From: Clostridia bacterium | GTDB taxonomy: Bacteria; Bacillota; Clostridia; Oscillospirales; CAG-272 | Reading direction: 5' to 3' | Assembly: GCA_017618795.1 (NCBI GenBank) | Contig: JAFZTO010000025.1 | Span: 1-40,313 of the forward strand | Length of the DNA: 40,313 nt | In this document: one piece after another, positions 8,444 to 15,888 of the stretch | Layout of the letters: the number at the start of each line of letters is the position of its first letter | How positions within the stretch are numbered: the stretch's first letter is position 1 | Program-made: the position numbers and the translations under genes | The notes under the pieces: model-generated | Seen by the model: only the letters and a program-made list of their open reading frames with translations | Databases searched by the model: none | Told to the model about the DNA's origin: nothing

Positions 8444-9212
8444 AAAAAAACTGCTTTGCGCCCTGGGCGTTCTTGTCATTGTTGCGGTATGGCAGATTGC
8501 CGCTTCTGTTGTTTCAAACAGACTGCTTCTGCCTTCCCCTTACGAAACGGCCGTTCGCCTTGCCGGGCTGCTTTGCGACGGCAACACGTATCTGTGTGTT
8601 TTCAACACGCTGTGGCGGGTGACGGCCGGCATAGCCGCGGGGACCGCTGCGGCGCTGATTTTTGCTGTTCCGGCGGGTATAAGCGAACGCGCAGGTATAA
8701 TTATCTCTCCCGTTGAACACGTTATCAGGGCAACTCCGGTCGCTTCTTTTATAATTCTTGCGCTTGTCTGGATTAAAAGCGGGATGATCAGTATTCTTAT
8801 CAGCGCTCTGATAGTTTTTCCGGTGATTTACAGAGGGACTGTCACCGCGCTCCGAAACGCCGACAGGAATCTTGCCGAAACTGCACAGACCGACGGGGCC
8901 GGGAAGTTCACGGTTTTCAGGATTGTTGCCGTTCCGCACGCCTTTCCGTTTTTTCTCTCGTCTCTTGGGACCGCTATCGGCCTCGGGTGGAAGGCGGGTA
9001 TAGCAGCCGAGGTGCTTTGCACTCCAAAGAATACGGTGGGACGCATGCTTTACGATTCAAAGGTTTATCTTGAGACTGAAAGCCTTTTTGCATGGACGGC
9101 AATAGTCATATTGCTGAGCGTACTCACCGAGGCGGGCGTGTCGCTGATAAGGCGTTTTGCAGCGAAAAAAATAACTTTTATGTCCGTCACGGAAGAAAAC
9201 AGCGCGGAATGA
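8418..9212 (+). CDS. ABC transporter permease (BPD_transp_1 type)
   Basis: 264 aa with about 6 hydrophobic helices. It has an EAA-like loop region (LAETAQTDGAGKFTVFRIVAVPHAFP). It overlaps the binding-protein gene by 26 nt. Confidence 0.8.
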   Translation: MRRSITRAEKKLLCALGVLVIVAVWQIAASVVSNRLLLPSPYETAVRLAGLLCDGNTYLCVFNTLWRVTAGIAAGTAAALIFAVPAGISERAGIIISPVEHVIRATPVASFIILALVWIKSGMISILISALIVFPVIYRGTVTALRNADRNLAETAQTDGAGKFTVFRIVAVPHAFPFFLSSLGTAIGLGWKAGIAAEVLCTPKNTVGRMLYDSKVYLETESLFAWTAIVILLSVLTEAGVSLIRRFAAKKITFMSVTEENSAE

Positions 9213-9234
9213 AAACGTCAAATACGGAAAAGTA

Positions 9235-9263
9235 TTGACTTTTCCGTTAAAAGATGGTATAAT
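9235..9263 (+). promoter_or_regulatory. Promoter with extended -10
   Basis: TTGACT, 17-nt spacer ending in TGG, then TATAAT. Confidence 0.65.
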
Positions 9264-9314
9264 ATGCTATTGAAAAAATACAGGCGGAATCTGCCTGCAA
9301 AAGGAGAAAACAAA

Positions 9315-9863
9315 ATGAAAAAATGGAAATGCCAGATATGCGGCGAAATAGTTGAATCGGAAGAAAGGCCCGAAAGGTGCCCGCTCTGCAGGGCTCCCGG
9401 CGAAAAATTTGTAGAGATAACCGAAGAGGCCACGACCTGGGCCGCCGAGCACGTGATCGGGGTTGCCAAGGACGCTCCCGCTGACGTAATAGAGGGGCTG
9501 AGAGCAAATTTCAACGGTGAGTGCACCGAGGTTGGAATGTATCTCGCCATGTCCCGTGCCGCTGCGCGCGAAGGTTATCCTGAGATTGCCGAGTACTGGA
9601 AGACGGCTGCCTTTGAGGAGGCTGAGCACGCGGCAAAATTTGCAGAACTGCTCGGAGAGGTCGTCTCTCCTTCCACAGAGAAAAACCTTGCCGTCAGGGT
9701 GGAGGCCGAGAACGGCGCCACCGCCGGAAAGACCGCTCTCGCGAAGAGGGCTAAGGAGCTCGGGCTTGACGCAATCCATGACACGGTTCATGAGATGGCA
9801 AGGGACGAGGCCCGCCACGGCAAAGCCTTCGCCGGTTTGCTCAAGAGGTATTTCGGAAAATAA
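9315..9863 (+). CDS. rbr: Reverse rubrerythrin (N-terminal rubredoxin-like domain, C-terminal diiron four-helix bundle)
   Basis: Start at the ATG at 9315, after AAGGAG. CQICG...CPLC forms a Cys4 site at the N-terminus. Two ExxH diiron motifs follow ([18 protein letters not shown]) plus glutamate ligands. Confidence 0.85.
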   Translation: MKKWKCQICGEIVESEERPERCPLCRAPGEKFVEITEEATTWAAEHVIGVAKDAPADVIEGLRANFNGECTEVGMYLAMSRAAAREGYPEIAEYWKTAAFEEAEHAAKFAELLGEVVSPSTEKNLAVRVEAENGATAGKTALAKRAKELGLDAIHDTVHEMARDEARHGKAFAGLLKRYFGK

Positions 9864-9880
9864 GTAATAGTCTTTCGAGT

Positions 9881-9910
9881 AAGGGAGCCTGCAAATGACT
9901 CCCTTTTTTG
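9881..9910 (+). terminator. Intrinsic terminator
   Basis: AAGGGAG / CTCCCTT stem followed by a T-run, 18 nt after the stop. Confidence 0.7.
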
Positions 9911-10001
9911 TTTCGCTGCCCACAGATTGATTTATAATGCCAGATGCATCAGGCAAAACGGAACTGTTTTGCTCAAAAGAATGCGCATTCTCTGTTTTCT
10001 G

Positions 10002-10030
10002 TTGACAAATGCGGAAAGATTTGGTATAAT
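10002..10030 (+). promoter_or_regulatory. Consensus promoter with extended -10
   Basis: TTGACA, 17-nt spacer ending in TGG, then TATAAT. Confidence 0.7.
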
Positions 10031-10061
10031 AATGTCATGCAAGTTAAATCCGGAGAGAAAT

Positions 10062-11405
10062 ATGAGAAAAATTCTTTCGCTTATTTTTGCCGCTGTTCTG
10101 ATAATCGCGGCGGCAGGGTGTAGAAATGCAGAAACACCTGTTGAATCGTCTTTGTATTCCGAAACGCTTGGGACGTCAGTCGCGGAAGGAACAGAACCCG
10201 CATCGACGTCAGGTTCGCAGAGCGGAGAAATACCATCCGCGGATGTCACGTCGGAAAAAATCACGACGGCGGAGGAACCGGCAGACGGCACAACCGCGGA
10301 AGATCTTCCGGCAACGGAGGAGTCGACCGTGCCGGGCGGGACGACAGTTCATGAGCACACGGTCGGTGTCGACAAAAAAAGGGAACCCACCTGCACGGAG
10401 CCCGGTCTTACGGAAGGCCGGCATTGCTCTGAATGCGGGGAGGTTATAGAAAAGCAGCAGCAGATTCCTGCAAAGGGGCACAACTTCGTCGATACGGTTG
10501 TTGAACCTACCACCTCAGCAAAGGGGTATACGGAGCATGTTTGCGCGGAGTGCGGCTATTCATACAAAGACAATTATACCGACAAGCTGCTTTATGACGA
10601 AACGACGCTTCAGAGTTTTGGCCTCGGTTTTGTCCTGAAAAGCCGTGAGGACAGGGAGATCTGCGACGGAGTGACTTTCTCGGTAATGAACTTTGAGGAC
10701 AGGGACGGGATCATGCACGTGGCATACGTTGTGACCGCCTCGCCGGATTCGGTCAGCCTTGAAATGGGGCTTCCCGGCTCGACCGGGCAGCTGAACGGGC
10801 TGGCGACCGTATACGACCAGACAGTGACGGCCGAAAGAGTGCTCGGCTACGATATAATAGCCTCTATAAACGCCGATCTGTTCGGAGCGACCGTCGCCGG
10901 AATGCCGAACGGTACCACGATCCTGAACGGGGAACTTCTTTACCGCGACACCGTAGGCTATCAGGGTTTTGCTGTCATGAATGACGGGAGCTACTGGTTC
11001 TCATACAACGCCACCGAGTTCGCGAATCAGGCAGACAATATCAGATTTTCCTGCGGCGGGCGTTACCTGGTCCTTAAAAAAGGCAAAATCGTAAACAACG
11101 GCACCGCGGACGCATTCTGCACCATTCATCACCCCCGAACCGCGTTCGGAGTGAAAAAAGACGGAACGATGATATTTGCGGTCGTTGACGGAAGGCAGAG
11201 CGGATACTCCGACGGTGCGACGCTGCTCGACCTGTCGGTGCTGTTCTACAGACTCGGCGCAGTAAACGCTATTAATCTCGACGGCGGCGGATCGACAAAT
11301 CTTTTCCTGAAGGACGCCCAAACCGGAGATTTTGTGTGCGCTAACAGGCCGTGGGAGGCAGACCGCAGAGTTGTAAATACGCTGTTTTTTGTAAAGAAGA
11401 GATGA
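10062..11405 (+). CDS. Phosphodiester glycosidase (NAGPA/DUF2233-like) family lipoprotein with an N-terminal Cys-rich module
   Basis: Start at the ATG at 10062, after GGAGAG. Lipobox (IAAAGC). The C-terminal INLDGGGSTNLF block is typical of the phosphodiester glycosidase domain. An upstream PTCTEPGLTEGRHCSECG...GH...HVCAECGYSY module carries two CxxC pairs. Confidence 0.7.
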   Translation: MRKILSLIFAAVLIIAAAGCRNAETPVESSLYSETLGTSVAEGTEPASTSGSQSGEIPSADVTSEKITTAEEPADGTTAEDLPATEESTVPGGTTVHEHTVGVDKKREPTCTEPGLTEGRHCSECGEVIEKQQQIPAKGHNFVDTVVEPTTSAKGYTEHVCAECGYSYKDNYTDKLLYDETTLQSFGLGFVLKSREDREICDGVTFSVMNFEDRDGIMHVAYVVTASPDSVSLEMGLPGSTGQLNGLATVYDQTVTAERVLGYDIIASINADLFGATVAGMPNGTTILNGELLYRDTVGYQGFAVMNDGSYWFSYNATEFANQADNIRFSCGGRYLVLKKGKIVNNGTADAFCTIHHPRTAFGVKKDGTMIFAVVDGRQSGYSDGATLLDLSVLFYRLGAVNAINLDGGGSTNLFLKDAQTGDFVCANRPWEADRRVVNTLFFVKKR

Positions 11406-11431
11406 TTTTCCTGTTAATCTGCCTGAATGTC

Positions 11432-11460
11432 TTGTAAAAAATAGGGATTTGTGGTATAAT
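11432..11460 (+). promoter_or_regulatory. Promoter with extended -10
   Basis: TTGTAA, 17-nt spacer ending in TGG, then TATAAT. Confidence 0.55.
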
Positions 11461-11511
11461 TGATTGCAGAAACGGCGCTTAAGCCAACCCAAAAAATGGA
11501 GGAAAGAAAAA

Positions 11512-11754
11512 ATGTTGTGGAAAATTCTTGTCGCGGTTCTCATAGGTGCGCTTGCCGGATTTGTCGCAGGAAAGATAATGAAGAGCAAGACCTCGCTTCT
11601 CGGGAACATCATAATCGGTATCCTGGGAGGTGCTCTTGGCGGATGGCTCGGGAGCTTTATCGGCATCGGAGGAGGCTGGGTAATGAGCATAATCATTGCC
11701 ATCGCCGGCTCCTGCCTGCTCATCTGGCTCTTCAGGCTTGTTTTCAAAAAATAA
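11512..11754 (+). CDS. GlsB/YeaQ/YmgE-family small membrane protein (transglycosylase-associated)
   Basis: Start at the ATG at 11512, after GGAGG. 80 aa, Gly-rich, with three helices (LIGALAGFVAGKIM, IIGILGGALGGWLG). Confidence 0.8.
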   Translation: MLWKILVAVLIGALAGFVAGKIMKSKTSLLGNIIIGILGGALGGWLGSFIGIGGGWVMSIIIAIAGSCLLIWLFRLVFKK

Positions 11755-11779
11755 AAACCTAATAAGTTCCGCAAAAAAA

Positions 11780-11813
11780 GGCAGCATCCCGAAAGATAAG
11801 ATGCTGCCTTTTT
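11780..11813 (+). terminator. Intrinsic terminator (A-tract upstream makes it potentially bidirectional)
   Basis: GGCAGCATC / GATGCTGCC 9-bp stem with an 11-nt loop, followed by TTTTT. Confidence 0.85.
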
Positions 11814-11828
11814 CATTTCGCAAGGCAT

Positions 11829-11940
11829 ATGCGGTTAATTGGCTGTGAAAGTCCGCTGCAGACTTGGCAGTAGGAACCGTTAGCCGAAGGCAAGGGTGTC
11901 CGTCGTGAGGCGGAATCTAAAGGAATCCGGATGCGGGGAG
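11829..11940 (+). mobile_element. Probable 5' fragment (domain I start) of a bacterial group II intron, truncated
   Basis: ATGCGGTTAATTGGCTGTGAAAGTCCGCTGCAGACTTGGCAGTAGGAACCGTTAGCCGAAGGCAAGGGTGTCCGTCGTGAGGCGGAATCTAAAGGAATCC. From memory, this resembles the GTGCG...GTGAAAGTCC...AGCCGAAGGCAAGGG...AATCTGAAGGAAGC pattern at the 5' end of Firmicutes group II introns. It contains small hairpins (CTGC-N7-GCAG, TCCG-N8-CGGA). No reverse transcriptase ORF and no domain V follow it. Confidence 0.4.
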
Positions 11941-12064
11941 GATGATCAAGCGTCTCGATGATTGCCATTTTATAGAATGTCCATCATTCTCTTTGACAAC
12001 CGTTATTCAGCATAATAACTTTTTCATTGCGTTCCTTTCAAATTCAAACGAGTATTCATTGTTT

Positions 12065-12349
12065 TCAGCACTCATTACGATATTTTTTGGCTTGCAAATC
12101 AAACAAATATGCATATCTCCCATTCATCTTGATCAACTCTTGATGAGATCCTTCTTCAATAATCTGTCCGTTCTCTAAGACAAGAATCCTATCTGCAAGT
12201 GTGATACCTGATAATCTGTGAGAAATCAACAATGCACTTTTATTCTTCGATAAATTCGAAAAATCTCTAAAAATCTGATGCTCTGCGATAGGATCAAGCG
12301 CAGCGGATGGTTCGTCAAGCAGTATGATGGGAGCGTTTCTGTCAATCAT
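12065..12349 (-). pseudogene. Remnant of an ABC exporter ATPase domain (C-terminal about 94 aa only)
   Basis: The ORF encodes only Walker B onward (IILLDEPSAALD, ISHRLS H-loop, LENGQIIEEGSHQELI). Walker A, the signature motif and the transmembrane domain are absent, and the upstream reading frame does not continue the family. It resembles the C-terminus of the intact exporter at 16524..18527. The DNA is AT-rich. Confidence 0.7.
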
Positions 12350-12396
12350 TTTGTTGTCAAGATAGTAATCAATTGGCGAGATGATTTGATATTTCA

Positions 12397-12434
12397 GCGG
12401 AACAAGTATACAACCCGTTCCGCTTTTATTTTTT
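12397..12434 (+). terminator. Orphan intrinsic terminator-like hairpin
   Basis: GCGGAAC / GTTCCGC stem followed by TTTTATTTTTT. No + strand gene ends upstream of it. Confidence 0.5.
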
Positions 12435-12617
12435 CCCCCGCGGTTTTATCCGCGATTGCATTGAATATGTCGTTTAATCGTTTGCCGTTTGCCGGCCCGA
12501 GCGGTTTTCGGTTTTATAAATGAGGTATTACAGTTTCTTTTCTTGTTTACCGATGTCGGGCTCGACAACACGCGACGATATTTTTATCGAGTCGCTCGAC
12601 AAAAAAACGTCAACCGC

Positions 12618-12646
12618 TTGACAAACCGAATGACTTGTGGTATACT
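12618..12646 (+). promoter_or_regulatory. Promoter with extended -10
   Basis: TTGACA, 17-nt spacer ending in TGG, then TATACT. This leaves a leader of about 110 nt before the ATG at 12757. Confidence 0.65.
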
Positions 12647-12756
12647 ATTTGTGAAACCGAATCAGGAGGCAAGTTATTGTTGCTATACCTGTAAACATAG
12701 GCGATTTGATCAACAGAAGAATCGTTGAATCTTCAAGGATTGAGGAATACTGAAAT

Positions 12757-13833
12757 ATGCGTAAAATCATCGGAAAACCGCTGATATCCGCGGTCCTCGC
12801 GGCTTTGCTGATCCTGTCCGTCCTCGCCGGATGTACGGGCAGTCCGGCGTCCTCAGACGATACTTCCGCGACGAACTCAACCAATACTGCTAAGGAGGAA
12901 ACGAATATGTCTCAAAATACTACCGTCACTACTATTACGACTTCCGCCGACGATCCTGCGGCGCTGGCGAACGCCGACGATCCCGGCGATCAGGACGCCG
13001 GCCGGTTCCTCTATAAGACTACCAGGGGTACCGATCTTTATCTTTATCTGAAACAGCCGAAAACCCGCGTGTATGACCGCGCTCCCCTGCTGGTCCACAT
13101 TGTCGGCGGCGGCTGGACGCACTACGAAGTGAAAAACTACTTCAGCTATTTCGGGACGTATGAGTCCGAGCTGTCCAAAGAAGGCTTCGCCGGTTTGACC
13201 GTTGGTCATGTCGGATCGGATAACGGCGGCTCCATGGAGGAAATCGTTGCGGACGTGCTCGACACGTTTGGCTATATTGCCAAGTATAACGACGTCTTCA
13301 AAATTGATCTCAACCGCATTGTCTTCGTCGGTCAGTCCGCCGGCGCTCATCTCGGCCTGCTCCTTTCGCTGGCCGACCATTCGCTACTGATGAAGGACTG
13401 CGCATATACCGGTTTCGATTATCACGTGATCGGCGCGGTCGGTATGGCCACGCCCACCATGCTGTATCAGGATGTCGAGACCGGAAAACAGCTCTTCCCC
13501 GACTGGGGCGGCGGCCCGGTGCTGGGCAATCTCTTCCACAACGCCAACTGCTTCGTCGACGACACGGATTTTCGCCGGTATAGCCCTATCGAGTACGTGA
13601 GCGCCTCCATGCCGCCGGTACTTCTCCTCGTCGGCGATAAGGACACTGTGGTTGCTCCCAAGCAGAGCTATCTTTTCAACGACAAGGCCGAGGGGGTCGG
13701 CGCCGCCTGCACGATGGTCGTGATCCAGAACGGCGATCACTCGTTACAGCCCGTCGACGCCGCTGTGACCACGCCTTCCGCGGCTAAATTCTACTGGCAA
13801 ATGATTCAGTTTGTTCAGAATCTAGTCAAATAA
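12757..13833 (+). CDS. Alpha/beta-hydrolase lipoprotein (carboxylesterase/lipase-like)
   Basis: Lipobox (VLAGC). HIVGGGW oxyanion-hole block, GQSAGAH nucleophile elbow (GxSxG), late GDKD and GDHS acid/His blocks. Confidence 0.8.
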   Translation: MRKIIGKPLISAVLAALLILSVLAGCTGSPASSDDTSATNSTNTAKEETNMSQNTTVTTITTSADDPAALANADDPGDQDAGRFLYKTTRGTDLYLYLKQPKTRVYDRAPLLVHIVGGGWTHYEVKNYFSYFGTYESELSKEGFAGLTVGHVGSDNGGSMEEIVADVLDTFGYIAKYNDVFKIDLNRIVFVGQSAGAHLGLLLSLADHSLLMKDCAYTGFDYHVIGAVGMATPTMLYQDVETGKQLFPDWGGGPVLGNLFHNANCFVDDTDFRRYSPIEYVSASMPPVLLLVGDKDTVVAPKQSYLFNDKAEGVGAACTMVVIQNGDHSLQPVDAAVTTPSAAKFYWQMIQFVQNLVK

Positions 13834-13947
13834 CCCTTCAAGCGTTCCGTTCATACGCATAACGCCAACAGTTGAAGGGCGGTTCTGCTTGAGATACTCA
13901 TAGTGTCTAAAGCCCCATACTCCGATGTTGCCGATGTTCAAATTCAT
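13822..13947 (-). pseudogene. Possible TnpV-like fragment (41 codons)
   Basis: Too short for the ORF track. MNLNIGNIGVWGFRHYEYLKQNRPSTVGVMRMNGTLEGLFD has the G..G..R..YLK..RP pattern that I associate with transposon TnpV proteins, but lacks their N- and C-terminal parts. GAGG lies 8 nt upstream. The ORF overlaps the esterase 3' end by 12 nt. Confidence 0.25.
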
Positions 13948-14019
13948 TTTCTTGACCTCAGTTTTTCAATTTCGTTTGTTTTTGCTTGAGGTCAAATTCA
14001 GATTGCCGAAATAAACGAC

Positions 14020-14059
14020 AAATCCGAACCCTTCGCCAATCGGCTTTGGGTTCGGATTT
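14020..14059. terminator. Perfect 12-bp hairpin, likely terminator for the 129-aa ORF
   Basis: AAATCCGAACCC / GGGTTCGGATTT with a 16-nt loop. On the reverse strand a T-rich stretch follows. It lies 38 nt past the stop at 14097. Confidence 0.6.
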
Positions 14060-14096
14060 GTACTGTTTGGTGCGAATATCAATAACGGACTTGTCA

Positions 14097-14486
14097 TTAA
14101 TCCAATTTCAAATAAGGTTTGTAATAATCCATTGCTTCAGCAACAGAAAGTCTTGCTTTGTTCTCTAAAGGAAGAAAAGCCCGGGGAAGATTGTGAAACC
14201 CATGAATATATCTCCAAACCGTCTGACGACAGTTTTTCGTTTTGGAAGCCAAAAAGCACACACATTCAAACAAATTGCGACACATAAACAAAGCCAATTC
14301 ATAGTATTCAGAAGAATAAGACAAATCAGTTTTGAGTTCATTTAAGATTGAGCAGATTAATTGTTGAACAGTTTGCAATTCATTGAGTAAAACTACACGT
14401 TTACGTTTAAGCATCAAATCAAATGTGCTGTATTTTTCCAGAGAGAGGGATTTGTCATATAATTCTTCAGCGAGTTGAGAAACCAT
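14097..14486 (-). CDS. Hypothetical alpha-helical protein (129 aa) in an AT-rich insert
   Basis: The ORF has an AGGAAGGA RBS-like purine run before the ATG. No family is recognised. It contains RYIHGFH, which fits Rx4-6H only loosely. Confidence 0.5.
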   Translation of the reverse strand: MVSQLAEELYDKSLSLEKYSTFDLMLKRKRVVLLNELQTVQQLICSILNELKTDLSYSSEYYELALFMCRNLFECVCFLASKTKNCRQTVWRYIHGFHNLPRAFLPLENKARLSVAEAMDYYKPYLKLD

Positions 14487-14558
14487 AATATATCCTTCCT
14501 GTCAAAAAAGGCGCACTTACTCACCACCGACGGTGATGAAACTGTGCTGAATATGAAA

Positions 14559-14598
14559 ATCGAGTATCCATAACTCAAGTCCGTTTTGAATACTCGAT
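14559..14598 (-). terminator. Hairpin immediately downstream of tRNA-Leu
   Basis: ATCGAGTAT / ATACTCGAT 9-bp stem with a 22-nt loop. On the reverse strand it is followed by TTTTCAT. It starts 1 nt after the CCA end. Confidence 0.5.
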
Positions 14599-14599
14599 A

Positions 14600-14684
14600 T
14601 GGTGCGGGAAACGGGACTTGAACCCGTACGGTGTTTACCACACGCCCCTCAAACGTGCGCGTCTGCCAGTTCCGCCACTCCCGC
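14600..14684 (-). tRNA. tRNA-Leu (anticodon GAG), class II with long variable arm, CCA encoded
   Basis: The reverse strand reads GCGGGAGTGGCGGAACTGGCAGACGCGCACGTTTGAGGGGCGTGTGGTAAACACCGTACGGGTTCAAGTCCCGTTTCCCGCACCA. I folded it by hand. It has a 7-bp acceptor stem, a CACGT/GCGTG anticodon stem and a TTGAGGG loop. It also has an ACGGG/CCCGT T-stem with a TTCAAGT loop. Confidence 0.95.
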
Positions 14685-14695
14685 AAGTAAACAAT

Positions 14696-14724
14696 ATTAT
14701 ACCACATTGCCTTGACGTTGTCAA
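14696..14724 (-). promoter_or_regulatory. Consensus promoter with extended -10 for tRNA-Leu
   Basis: The reverse strand reads TTGACA, 17-nt spacer ending in TGG, then TATAAT. The -10 ends 11 nt before the mature tRNA 5' end. Confidence 0.75.
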
Positions 14725-14808
14725 GGTGTTTTTTGATTTTTTTAAAAAATTGCAAAACGAAATAGCAAAGTTGTCATAAAAATAATGCAGCTTGCTATTA
14801 CAATTCAC

Positions 14809-14844
14809 GAAAAAAAACATCGTCTTTTATGATTTGACGATGTT
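14809..14844 (-). terminator. Intrinsic terminator of the ABC/DUF5684/SPFH operon (bidirectional architecture)
   Basis: AACATCGTC / GACGATGTT stem flanked by an A-run and a T-run. On the reverse strand it is followed by TTTTTTTT. Confidence 0.85.
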
Positions 14845-14907
14845 TTTGACCTGATCGGTTTTTATTATCTCTATGGGAATCTGAAATTCACCCGGGATCT
14901 CGTTTTT

Positions 14908-15867
14908 TTATTCACTTGTATACCCGTCAACGCTGGTGATTATGGTCCCGTCAGACATTACCTTCGGTAGAACTCCGTCCCAGGTTTCGTAGAACATGGC
15001 TCTTATGACCTGCTCGGTCAGCGATTCGCTGATGATTTTGTTGGCTTTTGCCTCCGCGTCCGCGCGGATCAGCTTTGCCTCCGCTTCCGCCTGAGCCGAG
15101 ATTTTCAGAGCGTCGGCCTCTGCTTGAGCCTTTTCAACCGCGACCTTTCTGTCGGCCTCCGCCTTTGCTATCGCGGTCTGGTTCTCGATCTCCTGCTTCT
15201 GCTGGTTCTGCTGCGCGACGGATTTCTCCGCTATGGCGCGGTTGTAGCTGTCCTCGAAGTCCATCTGATTGATGACGACCTTGAGAACGCTGACGGTGCC
15301 CTCGCCGTATTTTTCATCCATGGAGGCCGCGAGACGCTCCTTTGCGAGCGGCTCTATCTTTGAACGGAGCGTGACCTCCGCCGCAGAGAGTTCTGTCATG
15401 GCGGATTTTATTGCCGAGGCGACGATGCTCTGCGAAACCAGTTCGGCCGTGTTGGTTACGTTTGCGTATATCCACGCGGACTTGGACGCGCTGATCTGGA
15501 ACGTAACGACAATGTCGGAAGCGTAAACCGGCACCTTTTCGGAGCTTTCACCCCAGACCTGCGCCGGCACGGTCACGTCCTGCTGCTTGTTGTTTACGAG
15601 ATCGATGCTCTGAATGAAAGGTATTTTAAAATTGATGCCCTGCGGGACGCTCTGGTTGGAAATCTGTCCGAAGGTGGAGCGCACGCCGGAATATCCGGTC
15701 GGAATGATGGCAAAGCACTGCCCTCCGAGCAGCACCACGGCGCCGAGTATTATAAGGACTGATCGCAGCCCCTTTTTTGATTCGCTGCCGCGCGATTTGA
15801 TTATCATGGGAATGACGATTCCGGCTACTATGAGAATTATACCGGCAAATGTGAAGATTTCGTTCAT
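14908..15867 (-). CDS. SPFH/Band-7 (prohibitin/stomatin-like) membrane protein
   Basis: N-terminal TM segments, then an SPFH-like core (IPTGYSGVRSTFGQI...FKIPFIQS). An Ala/Glu/Lys-rich coiled coil follows (AKAEADRKVAVEKAQAEADALKISAQAEAEAK). GGAGGA RBS. Confidence 0.85.
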   Translation of the reverse strand: MNEIFTFAGIILIVAGIVIPMIIKSRGSESKKGLRSVLIILGAVVLLGGQCFAIIPTGYSGVRSTFGQISNQSVPQGINFKIPFIQSIDLVNNKQQDVTVPAQVWGESSEKVPVYASDIVVTFQISASKSAWIYANVTNTAELVSQSIVASAIKSAMTELSAAEVTLRSKIEPLAKERLAASMDEKYGEGTVSVLKVVINQMDFEDSYNRAIAEKSVAQQNQQKQEIENQTAIAKAEADRKVAVEKAQAEADALKISAQAEAEAKLIRADAEAKANKIISESLTEQVIRAMFYETWDGVLPKVMSDGTIITSVDGYTSE

Positions 15868-15888
15868 GCTTTTTCCTCCGAAGACCGC

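Noticed and set aside
9267-9956. 229-aa reverse-strand ORF opposite the rubrerythrin gene
   Set aside because: It is a shadow of the rubrerythrin gene and spans its promoter and terminator.
11001-11828. 275-aa reverse-strand ORF
   Set aside because: It is antisense to the glycosidase 3' end, the promoter, the GlsB gene and the terminator. The sense genes have clear family signatures.
11829-11940. GAAAGTCC-containing segment as a piece of RNase P RNA
   Set aside because: Only the short GAAAGUCC string is shared. The surrounding sequence does not follow the RNase P P4/J3-4 context, and the segment is far too short. A group II intron 5' end fits better.
12647-12756. 110-nt leader of the esterase gene as a riboswitch
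   Set aside because: I recognise no known riboswitch core in it. It has only a small GAAGA...TCTTC hairpin. It should still be scanned with Rfam.
14710-14726. Palindrome CCTTGAC-GTT-GTCAAGG overlapping the tRNA-Leu -35 hexamer
   Set aside because: It is most simply a by-product of the TTGACA hexamer being mirrored. The + strand copy has no matching -10, so a divergent promoter is not supported.
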